Made by a program: the position numbers and the translations under genes
Shown: positions 47,870 through 58,136 of the stretch, one piece after another
Layout: each line of letters begins with the position of its first letter
Numbering within the stretch: the first letter of the stretch is position 1
Origin: Eledone cirrhosa
Taxonomy: Eukaryota
DNA length: 64,000 nt
NCBI GenBank assembly: GCA_964016885.1
Contig: OZ024741.1
Location: 120,094,001-120,158,000 of the forward strand
Reading direction: 5' to 3'
Notes under the pieces: generated by a model
The model's database searches: none
The model's input: only the letters and a program-made list of their open reading frames with translations
Told to the model about the DNA's origin: nothing

Positions 47870-49782
47870 TTACCTTACTTCTCGTAGGGGAAGGACGGTT
47901 TTTCCATCCTTTTCACTGCTTGTGGCCTCCTCAGGAAGGATGTCCTTATAAATCCTCCTGGAGAGTGCTTGTCGGAAGTCTCCGATGTCTTTGGGGAATT
48001 TTTGTTTTAGTGTCATGTACGTTTTCTGTGTGATGCGAGTGATTTGTATGTGTGGAGGTGGTGTGAATTTTGGGGTTGTTGTGTAGTCTTTTTCTGTGAT
48101 GCTGGTGTTGTGTTGGATGTAGTGCAATAATTGCTTGTTGTTCAAATTTAATGCTGTGTAGTGTGTATCGTTTTGGTTGTTTTGTTCTGTTTGCGTTTGT
48201 TGTGGGTTTGTTTCTGTTTCGCATTTTGGTGACTTTTGTGGTGTAGGTGATGGTGGTGTTGGGGTTAATGATGGTGATGGTGTTGGTGTTTTGGTTGATG
48301 GGGTTGGTGATGCTGGTGTGGATGGTGGCATATCTGTCCTAACTTGTTTGTTTCTTAATTTATTTGTTTCCCTCTGTATTTTGTTTTTGGAGGGGGAAGG
48401 AAGAGAATTTTTTCTATTTTGGTTTCTTTTTTTTTCCGGATATCGTTTCCCACTCCTCGTCGCCACAATCTGTCTCCAGTTGTGATAGGCCGGGGAGTGG
48501 AAAATCCTCCACAGGCGTTAGTTTTGGTTGTGGCGTGGTGGATGGTGTAGGCGCTGGTGCTAGTTCTGAAGCGTTGGGTGGTGGTGGTGTTGGTTTTGCT
48601 GGTGGTGGTGGTGGTGTTGGTTTTGCTACTGTTGCTGGGGTTGTAGCTGTTATAGTTGCTTCTGTTGTTGCTGCTACAGTTGTTGCTGCCATCTCTGCTA
48701 CTGGTGGTGTTGATGGTTGTGTCACTGGGGTGGGTAGGAGAGGTGGCCTCAACCTTTTAGCCTGAGGGCAGAAAGCCTTAGGTGGGTTCCTTCACCACAA
48801 ACGACACACCTAGGTCTTCTGCCCTCGACAATTACCGTGAGGTGGCTGCCGTCAGTGAGGTCTATTACCTCTGGGATCTCCTCAATGCTTTTTTGGTCCG
48901 CTTGGATCAGGAGCTCCATCCCAGATCCGGACCAGTTCTCCTGCTTTTCTTTTGCTATTGCTATTATTTTCGTGTTGGCTTCGATGCCGGCGAGGATAGC
49001 CGCTATTAGCCAGGGAATTTCGATGGCCGGTGGAACGTGGGTCACCCTGATCTTTACGAGTCTCTGGCCACAATAGCTTGGGACGAGTGTGAAGTCGTCA
49101 CTTCTTAATGGGGCCATAGAGTGTTCTCTAGCCTCCTCTGGTGTTTCAAAGAACACGTCCACGGTTCCATACTTTTGCCCACGTCTGATGTGGGTTTTTC
49201 TTGCCCACACATGTCCCAAAGCTTTTTGGATTTGGGACTCGGATGCCCGTTCCACTCGGCGCGATTTTACATTTATTGTTCTATACGACACGATGCATAG
49301 GCGCCGATGCTCCATTTTATTAGGTGGGGGGGGAGGCTGACTCTGTACCCATCTTTCTTTACCATTTGTTTGGCATTTTCTAAATCCTCCTGAGTTACCG
49401 TAAATGCTTCGAACTGTTTTGCTACTTTGGCGAAACTGAGGGGGGTTTTTATAATGTCATTGTTGTTGTTATTGCTATCGTTAATATTAATTTTAGTTTC
49501 AGTTGTGGTGGTGGTGACGTCAGTCGTCTTTGGTGGGGAAGAGTCCATTTTGCTTGATTTCATTTCGACATCACGAGTTAATTTATTTTTTTCTTCTTTT
49601 GTTTCTGTTGTTGCGGTGGTGGTGGTGGTGGTGGTGGTGGTTGTCGCGGTGGTGGTGGTGGTGGTGGAGGCTTTAACACCTGCAGTCATTGGTAATGGCG
49701 GGAAATGAATGTCTGCCTGAGACAAATTTAAAATATTGCTAGTGCTTATATTTTTTTTTTGTGTTGGCAAACGTAGTAACAT
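47870..49782 (-). pseudogene. Tx1 ORF1 (gag-like, zinc knuckle, Pro/Thr-rich tail), frameshifted into four pieces
   Basis: SFAKVAK, VKIRVTHVPP, VEGRRPRCVVCGEGTHL (C-x2-C-x4-H), EWETISGKKK. Confidence 0.75.
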
Positions 49783-50069
49783 TTACAATGGTGGTGTCGG
49801 TGTGAGGTGTTAATTTGTGAGGAAGGCTTTCAGCTGCTTCGTGCAGAGGTGAATTAGCCATTTTTTTCAAAGAATTTTTTTTGATAATAATAAAAGTTTA
49901 AATTTTGGGCACAAGGCCCCAATCTTTTTGGGTGTCCTTTTCGGAAAACAATGTATGTGCGCTTATAAACAGTTAACAATAAAATTTTCCATAAATGACA
50001 ATTTTTAACAAACGGAAATAACAAACCTTTGCGGAGCTCACGATGATACGATTTACTACGTAGGTCGCC

Positions 50070-50120
<51 letters not shown>

Positions 50121-50121
<1 letters not shown>

Positions 50122-53100
50122 GTCTTGGTTGACACTCGTTCTAGAAGTGGTAACACGAAATGATTACCCCTTGGCGGATAAGGATAAAACGCGACAAAAT
50201 AAAGTAAATGTCTAATGATAAAATCTCATACCGGATCGGCCGTCACCCGGGTAAAAAAGGGCCGCGTCCCTCAGAGAGGAACCAGACTGGGGTCGAAAAA
50301 TCAGCTAATGGTTCAAACCTTCCCATCACTTCGGAGCTGGAGACCTCCCATAACCGGAATACTCCTACTGTTGGCCCTCCATGCTCACCACCAAGAAATC
50401 CAAAGAAAAAGAGAGAAAAATGGTCAAGGGAAGACAATAAAGAAGTCCTTGAGGCTTTCTACACTGCCATGTACTACCCATCAAATACATCGAATACAGA
50501 ACAGACATATATCAACTGGAAAAAGAAACATCCCGAAAACAGAGGCGATATTGACAGTAACAAACTAGCCAATATACGAAGAAATATTGTAAGAAAAAAG
50601 TTACTAACTGATATAGAAATTGATCAGATCAAGCTATTAGCACAAAGTCAGCGAAGGGAAAATGAAACATGTGTCAGTGAAAACGAGGTAAACTGTAACA
50701 CTTCGAATCCCAGGGTTGGGGCGGAATCACTGGCAACAGAACAAATTAAAGAAAGTATCGAAAAAGTGGAGGGAGTGCATGCTCAGGATGAAACTCCAAA
50801 TGAAAATAGTGAGATCGTAAATGATAAAGAAATGAATGAGAATGAACTTGCCAACTTGGAGGATGAAATTATGATCGAATGGATGAAAATGAAAGAATCT
50901 GACATGGGGCAACGAGACACCCTCCCTAAGATCCAGAACTCCAAACAGAACCAAAAGATAATACACAAGACTAACATAATTCTCAAAAACATTATCATCA
51001 CAAACAAACTAAACATTACTGATTTAAATCATCTCTATTATGCATCGGCTAAAGTCACCACTCACTTATGTGGAGTGAAGATGAAAAAACAAAGGAATTC
51101 CCACAAGAAATCTACTTGGCAAGAGAACATCAATCGCCAAATAAACCTTCTCCGATCTGACATAGAAATTTTAACAAACTATAAAGTAGGTGAACATGTT
51201 AAACAAACTAAACTTAGAAAATTGAAAAAAAAGTACAGTATAAAATCAACATGTGACATAGACATGCTGATAGAAATAATCAAGCAAAAAGTGTCGGCCA
51301 AAGGTACTCGTATAAGGCGCTTTGAAAAACGATCTAGATTCTATAAGGACAATAATATGTTCAAAAACAACCAAAGAAACTTCTACAGAAAAATTGGTAA
51401 GTCAACAATAACTGCTAAATCAATACCACCCAAGGAGGAAGTGCAAGAATTCTGGGAAAAGATCTGGGCCGAAGAAAAAGTTCATAACATACATGCCCCA
51501 TGGATAGACAGACAAATGAAAGATACAGCTCACCTTGAGGAACAAACATGGGAAAATATAACAGTTGAACAGTTGCGCTTGACTCTAAGAAAAACCAGCA
51601 AATGGAAATCCCCAGGAAAAGACAAAATACAAAACTTTTGGATAAATGCCTTCACAGAGTCTCATGAGCTGTTAGCCCAACTTTACAATGAAATAGTTAA
51701 GGAGCCAGAAAAGATACCTTCATGGCTAGTTAACGGCATTACATTCCTGCTTCCGAAGAATGATGAGACAAACAATCCCAAAAATTACAGACCGATAACT
51801 TGCTTGACCACAATGTATAAAATTTTAACATCAGTCCTAACTGAATACACATATGACCACCTGATAACAAATGACCTATTTCCCAATGAGCAGAAAGGGC
51901 GTAAACGAGGCTCATATGGGTGTAAGGATCGGCTTTTGGTTAACAAAATGATACTGGAAGATTGTCATAATAGACACAAAAATCTATCAATTGCTTGGAT
52001 AGATTATAAAAAAGCATTCGATAGTTTGCCACACAGTTGGATTGAAAAATGTTTAGAGATTTTCAAAGTATCCCCCGTTGTCAAGAGGTTTTTGTCATTC
52101 AGTATGAAGACATGGAAAACGACACTCCTTTTGAATAGTGAAACAAAATCACTGGAAGCTGGAGAAGTTAATATTAATTGTGGAATTTTTCAGGGTGACT
52201 CTTTATCACCGCTTTTATTCTGCATCGCACTTATACCATTAAGTAAAATGCTCAATGAAACAAAACATGGATATAAAGTCTATGACAAAACCATTAATCA
52301 CCTGTTCTACATGGATGACCTGAAACTATTTGCAAAAAATGATGAACAATTGCAAGGGCTATTATCCACTGTGAAGCAGTTCAGTGATGACATTAAAATG
52401 GAGTTTGGACTAGATAAATGCGCCAAAGCAACGTTCACCAGAGGAAAGCTGCTGAAGAGATCAGACATTAATCTTGATCGGGGGAACGTGATAAGAGAAC
52501 TTGATCAAGAAAAAACTTACAAATATCTAGGTGTTTGTGAAGGAGACGGAATCAAGCACTCGACAATGAGGGAAAGGATAAGGAAGGAATGTTACCGCAG
52601 AGTAAGAGCAATCTTAAGAACGGAATTTAATGCAAGGAATAGGATCGATGCCATAAACACGCTTGCCATACCAGTAGTAACCTACAGTTACAATGTCATC
52701 AACTGGTCAAGCACAGAGATCCGTAGGCTCGATACAAAAATTCGAAAATTCTTAACCATGCACAGAATGCATCACCCTAAGGCAGATATAGATAGAATAT
52801 ATCTCCCTAGCAAAGAAGGAGGACGTGGGTTAATCCAGTTAGACATTGCGTTGAAAACTGCAACAATTGGATTATCTACATATCTAAGGGAATCACATGA
52901 TTGGATGATCAAACTCGTTTTGAAACACGAAAGCATCAAAAGATCATATTCCATTACAAAAGATGCACAAAGATACAGTAATGGACTACAAATTTCAGAA
53001 GTCCCATTTACTGCTGAAATGGAAAACACAGAAAAAGCAAAGCAGGTAAAAGTAACTGCAAAGAAAGAACTGCTACAGAAACTGGCTAAGAAATGGCAAG

Positions 53101-54002
53101 AAAAGCCTCTGTATGGAAAATACCCAGAGCGAGCTAACAATCCTGATGTTGACAAAACTTTAACCCATCAGTGGTTGGCATCCTCTGGACTGAAATCGGA
53201 GACTGAAGGACTGATTATATCAGCACAAGATCAGTGTCTGCCAACAAAAAATTACCAAGCCAACATAATAAAAAATGGATGCAGCCCATTATGCCGTGTA
53301 TGCAAAAAACAACCAGAGACCATTGACCATATAAATTCAATGTGCAGTCCTATAGCTCCAACCGAATACCTAAACAGGCATGACAGAGCTGCACAATACA
53401 TACATTGGATAATGTGTAAGCATTTTGACCTGCCCCATCAAAAGAATTGGTGGGAGCATCAACCACCTCCCATACTTGAAAAAGATCACATCTCAATCTT
53501 GTGGAACTTTAGCATCCAAACAGACCGAAAAATAGATGCAAATAAATCTGATATAATATTGAAGGACTTTAAAAAGAGGGTATGCCTGCTAATTGATATG
53601 TCTGTTCCAATAGACAAGAAGGTATCTATAAAAACATTTGAAAAATTGAGCAAGTATAAGGACCTGGAGATAGAAATTGGAAAAATATGGAAATTGAGAA
53701 CTAAAACAATACCAGTGGTTGTAGGCGCTCTGGGAATGATACCTAAGTGGTCTAATGATTACTTATCGCAGATCCCAGGAAACCCGCGTATAGGAGAAAT
53801 ACAAATTATAGTACTAATGGGAACTGCCCATATAATATCGAAGATTCTGTCAATATAAGTACATCACAAGTCTAAACACCTAAAGATGCATGTGTGAGTA
53901 TGTATGTTCTTCCTTGAACATGGCGGACCTTGTTGTCTCTTGAGGTCACTGTTTGTGACTTGGTGATAACTCGTATAAACATAAAGCAAGATAAATGCAA
54001 CT

Positions 54003-54003
<1 letters not shown>
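50121..54003 (+). mobile_element. R4/Dong-clade RT-RLE non-LTR retrotransposon copy 1, flanked by (TAA)n on both sides
   Basis: Single ORF and ~145-nt 3' UTR ending in (TAA)n; R4-clade Dong elements are known to insert in TAA repeats. Confidence 0.9.
50208..53858 (+). CDS. R4/Dong polyprotein, 1216 aa, uninterrupted: Myb-like N-terminus, RT, CCHC finger, restriction-like endonuclease
   Basis: KWSREDNKEVLEAFY; NYRPITCL, IDYKKAFDSLPH, GIFQGDSLSPLLF, YMDDLKLF; CRVC..ETIDHINSMC; RHD; (P/S)DIIL..IDMSVP..KLSKY. Confidence 0.92.
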   Translation: MSNDKISYRIGRHPGKKGPRPSERNQTGVEKSANGSNLPITSELETSHNRNTPTVGPPCSPPRNPKKKREKWSREDNKEVLEAFYTAMYYPSNTSNTEQTYINWKKKHPENRGDIDSNKLANIRRNIVRKKLLTDIEIDQIKLLAQSQRRENETCVSENEVNCNTSNPRVGAESLATEQIKESIEKVEGVHAQDETPNENSEIVNDKEMNENELANLEDEIMIEWMKMKESDMGQRDTLPKIQNSKQNQKIIHKTNIILKNIIITNKLNITDLNHLYYASAKVTTHLCGVKMKKQRNSHKKSTWQENINRQINLLRSDIEILTNYKVGEHVKQTKLRKLKKKYSIKSTCDIDMLIEIIKQKVSAKGTRIRRFEKRSRFYKDNNMFKNNQRNFYRKIGKSTITAKSIPPKEEVQEFWEKIWAEEKVHNIHAPWIDRQMKDTAHLEEQTWENITVEQLRLTLRKTSKWKSPGKDKIQNFWINAFTESHELLAQLYNEIVKEPEKIPSWLVNGITFLLPKNDETNNPKNYRPITCLTTMYKILTSVLTEYTYDHLITNDLFPNEQKGRKRGSYGCKDRLLVNKMILEDCHNRHKNLSIAWIDYKKAFDSLPHSWIEKCLEIFKVSPVVKRFLSFSMKTWKTTLLLNSETKSLEAGEVNINCGIFQGDSLSPLLFCIALIPLSKMLNETKHGYKVYDKTINHLFYMDDLKLFAKNDEQLQGLLSTVKQFSDDIKMEFGLDKCAKATFTRGKLLKRSDINLDRGNVIRELDQEKTYKYLGVCEGDGIKHSTMRERIRKECYRRVRAILRTEFNARNRIDAINTLAIPVVTYSYNVINWSSTEIRRLDTKIRKFLTMHRMHHPKADIDRIYLPSKEGGRGLIQLDIALKTATIGLSTYLRESHDWMIKLVLKHESIKRSYSITKDAQRYSNGLQISEVPFTAEMENTEKAKQVKVTAKKELLQKLAKKWQEKPLYGKYPERANNPDVDKTLTHQWLASSGLKSETEGLIISAQDQCLPTKNYQANIIKNGCSPLCRVCKKQPETIDHINSMCSPIAPTEYLNRHDRAAQYIHWIMCKHFDLPHQKNWWEHQPPPILEKDHISILWNFSIQTDRKIDANKSDIILKDFKKRVCLLIDMSVPIDKKVSIKTFEKLSKYKDLEIEIGKIWKLRTKTIPVVVGALGMIPKWSNDYLSQIPGNPRIGEIQIIVLMGTAHIISKILSI

Positions 54004-54034
<31 letters not shown>

Positions 54035-54036
<2 letters not shown>

Positions 54037-57000
54037 TTTCTTTATTAACCACAAGGGTTTACATAAAGTAGACATTAAGGACAGTACAGGACAATACAGG
54101 ACGGTACAAATGGGAATTTCTGCGTGTAAAAAACAAATACAGAGGATGTAACAAAAAAATAACAATGAAAAATTCCCCAATAGGGGGAGACTTCCAAGGG
54201 ACATTTGTGGAGAAAGCCTATTAAAAGACCACAGTGACCCTGACCACCAGGGCAAGTGCCCTCTCCCAGTTTTCCACCTTTAATTTACAGACACATACTC
54301 AGAGTAGGCCCATTCACTCGGGCCATGCTTGCTTCTCTCACCCATCTTTCAACAAAATGCTGGGAAGAGAGCACTTCCCTCTCTACCCTGATTTTCCTTT
54401 TCAAATGAAATTTGAAAAAGTTAATCAGGGCATCACCGAAGAGGTAAGTGCTCCTCTTCAGCGCTTTCAAACGTGTCCACCATACTATCTCTTTCGCCAT
54501 GGCCACCAGGCAGATAAAAACTGCCTGCCCTTCCCGGCTAAAGGAAGAGGGCGGGGCAATCCTCACGATGGACTCAGCTGATAGCTGGATCCGTCCTACA
54601 CGTGACAGCAGGTGTTCGACATAAACCCACAAGTCAGCAATGCTCGGACACTGGACGAGTGCGTGCAGGACGGTTTCGTAGCCCTGTGCGCATCTCGGAA
54701 ATGCCCGGCTGACGGCACCTCCATGCTTGTAAAGTTTATCCCGAACTGGCAAAGCACCCCGGTAGCACTGCCAGGCCAGGGATTTCTGGAAGTTGTCCAT
54801 AGGCCCCGGCCCGAAAGTTCTTCCGAAGAGAAGTTGATTTTCGTCGACGCCTAGATTTTTTTCCAAGTACGTCGTCTCTCTTCCCCTCCACTAATCCTCT
54901 GTAGAACGCCAAGGTGGAGTTTCCACCGATCACATTGCTCGATTGGTCGAGGGCTGTGAGCGCCTGAAGACATTCCAGTCTCCAAGCGCTCCCTCTCGGT
55001 CTTCGCTTGACCCTGGACTGCAGCTCCGTCAAGGAGACGAGCTGGGGAAAGACGTGTCTAGCAAACGGCGACCACACCTGATCACCGTCGAGGAAGAGGT
55101 GGAGATGTCGTAGCCTGAGCGCGTGTCTGCGCATCATCAGCCACGGCATGCCCAGCCCTCCACGTAGCGGGTGTTGACAGCAGATGGACCGCCTGACCAT
55201 CGGAGCGCGTCCCTTCCACAAGAAGCGAAATAGCAAACGCTCCAGCGCGGTCAGGTGGGGCTTAGGACAAGGTACGACGGTCAGGCGGTAGTAGATGACG
55301 GACGCGATGTACGCGTTAGCCATCTTCGCTCGACCTTTCAGGCCCACTGACTTTTCCTGGTTGATCATTGCTCCTGTCACCGCTTCGTATTCTCTTAGTG
55401 TAGTGCCGATCGCCTCGATGTGTTTGGCGTTCGACACCACTACGGTGACCTCGTCCACATACGCTGACACGGATCTTCCGCATCCTAGTTCGCGCGGGAC
55501 CCCCCTCAACGTCTCCAGTTTGTGCAGTAATGGCTCGAGAGTCAATACGTACAATAGGGACGAGAGGGGACATCCTTGGCGGACCGAGCGCATGATGTTG
55601 AACGGTTCCGAAAGGTGACCGTTCACTCTCACTACAGAGCCGATGTCGCTGTGCATGGCAGCGATCCAGCCTCTGAAGACGGGCCCAAAGCCAGCCGCCC
55701 TCAGGACTGCCGCTAGGTAACGATGGTCGACCCTATCGAAGGCTTTCGACTGATCTAAATTGATCAAAGACCCACCCGTGCCAGGTTCCCTAGCTACCCT
55801 CTCTACGATGTATCGCATGAGGTGGAGGTTGTCGTGGATGGATCTGTCGGGAATGGCGCATGTCTGTGCCTCTCCCACCAGACCACCAACGACAAGCGCC
55901 AACCTCTTTGCTAGCACCTTGGCCAAAATCTTGAATTCTGTGTTTAGCAGAGTTATGGGCCTAAAATTATCTATGTTATCCCCCTTGTTCGGATCCTTTC
56001 TCAGCAGCGCCACCGCTCCTCGGCTCACAGAGCTGGGAATTCTCCCGTTCTGTTGCCAGTTGCAGTAGACGTCCGCCAAGAGGCATCCGAACAAGTCTGG
56101 CATTTGTACGTAAAGTTCATAGGGCAGACCATCCAAACCAGGCGATTTACCCCTTGTGCAACTAGTCATTGCATCCCGTACTTCAGCGGTTGTTATCGGC
56201 TTTTCGCAACACTCCGCCTCAGTGGCCGAAAGCCGCGGCAGTCCGTCGAGGTAGACACTAAAGTCCATCCCTCGATCCGGCCCGCCACTGTCCCCGAACA
56301 GTTGAGCGAAGTGTCGCTGAAAAGCTTCACACATTTGCCCGGGATCGAGTAGCATGCGCCCGTCGTGGTCCACCAAAGACCGGATCGTGGCTTTGTTGCC
56401 ACGACGCGCCTCCGCCACTCGGGCCCATTGAACGGCTTTCGTCCCCTCGTGTCTGAGAGCACGCACCCTAGCTCTGACAACGCAGCCTTCGTGCTTTGCA
56501 TTGAAGAATTGGTCAAGGGCCAATTTCGCCGCAAGTTCGTCGGTCGCGATGCCTTTGCTAAGCGCCTCATCTAATTTTCTAACTAGTTCTCCCTCTGCTC
56601 TATTTTTCTCTATTGCTAAAGTCTTACTAAACCTAATGGACTCTATTCTAATTGCTCTTTTCAGAGCAAACCACCACTTGTTGTTGACGATGGCCCCCGT
56701 CAACGCCCGCTTAACTAGTTCGCTAATCCGGTCTCTGTAGGCCTTGCGCGCTGGTAAGGACGCGTTTAGCTTCCAGTAGCCGGGTCCTCGTCTATGAAGC
56801 CTATGTAAGTCAAGCACACAGATCACGAATTTGTGGTCCGTGTAGCTGACTATCTTGAATTGTGGACAGCCTATGCTAGACATATCTATTTCCCTACAAA
56901 ATACTCTATCTAGATATGATCTGGATGACCCTATGCGATTTGTCCAAGTCCACATTGGTACATTCGGGAAATCCATTCGGTACCTGTCAGACAGTTCAAA

Positions 57001-57413
57001 ACGTCTGAGCAGGTTGGTGAGACTCTTGCACCCTCCTTCCCTATCCACTAATCCCACACAATCCCAGCGTGCATCTAAGATCCCGTTCCAGTCGCCCACT
57101 AACACTAAAGAGCGGGACGTTCCAAGAAAGGTCTCCAGACGCCGGAAGAAATCAGGCCGCCCTGCTCCTGTCGGGGCATAGACGGCCACTAACCTGAAAG
57201 CTTTCCCGTCTCCGCTGGTCACGTCCAGCACCACCAACTTACCTTCTGGGTCCAGGAAGATGGCCCGTATGGCAAGATCCAAACCTCTCCGAAAAAGCAC
57301 AGCAACTCCTCCCCCCGATCCCGGACGGCTGGGAGATGCGTACACATCGTAGCCGCCGAAGATCGGTGCGAAAGCCTGTGCTTCGGAGATTCTGGTCTCG
57401 CTGATGGCCACTA
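54035..57413 (-). mobile_element. Tx1 copy 2, 5'-truncated ~100 bp into ORF2, with a 186-bp in-frame deletion
   Basis: Highly similar to copy 1; ORF 54736-57468. Confidence 0.93.
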
Positions 57414-58136
57414 TATAGAACAGCCAAATAACAGCAATTTCACCAACACCACAAACTAGATACACCATCTATCCCATCACCCCTCTGTGTACACTAAATA
57501 CAACAGCCAGATAACGGCAATTTCACCACCACCACCATCACCACCAACCCCAGCATAATAATAATAATTACTATTATTGTATCTCAAGTTTTCTCAAAAT
57601 GTTTAATTCAAATATTAAGAAAATATGTCAACACATATTAAACATACGCGACAAACCACATAGATACACAGATCAAACAAACGCATACTACTACAGTCTA
57701 ATCAACAAAACTCAGTAATGACAACGCCATCACTATAGTCACCGCCGCCACCACTCCATCATTGCTACCACTATCCCATCACCGCCGCCACCATTCCTTT
57801 ATTGCTACCACCACTATTCCCCTACTACCTTCTGTTAACTTAAGAAAGAGGAAGGTGGCGGTATCACTAGACAAGGGAGAGGCTAGCAAAAGATATAAAT
57901 AGACTGACTTAGTGACTCGGTCAAACGTCAACAACTATGGCACTGCTGGCTCCCCCTTCCTCACCAACAATAGAAAAAGCCCCAGCACCACCACCGATAT
58001 AGCCAACAACAATAACAGGCAACTTCAGCAAAAAGTATATCATATTATTAATAATAATTTCATTCTTAAGCCACGCAATGCTCACATTAAGGAACCACTC
58101 AAGATAATAACAATTTAAAAAACAACAAAAAAGAAA

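Larger units (their letters stand above)
44640..50068 (-). mobile_element. Tx1/L1-clade non-LTR retrotransposon copy 1, both ends present, flanked by (TAA)n on both sides
   Basis: 5' end GGCGACC follows (ATT)n; ORF1, then ORF2, then 3' UTR with AATAAA followed by (ATT)n. Confidence 0.92.

Noticed and set aside
50275-50320. gaacca...gctaa-tggttc resembling an HDV J4/2-P2 end
   Set aside because: No room for P1 3' or P4 and no CC in the loop; it folds as a simple hairpin within the ORF.
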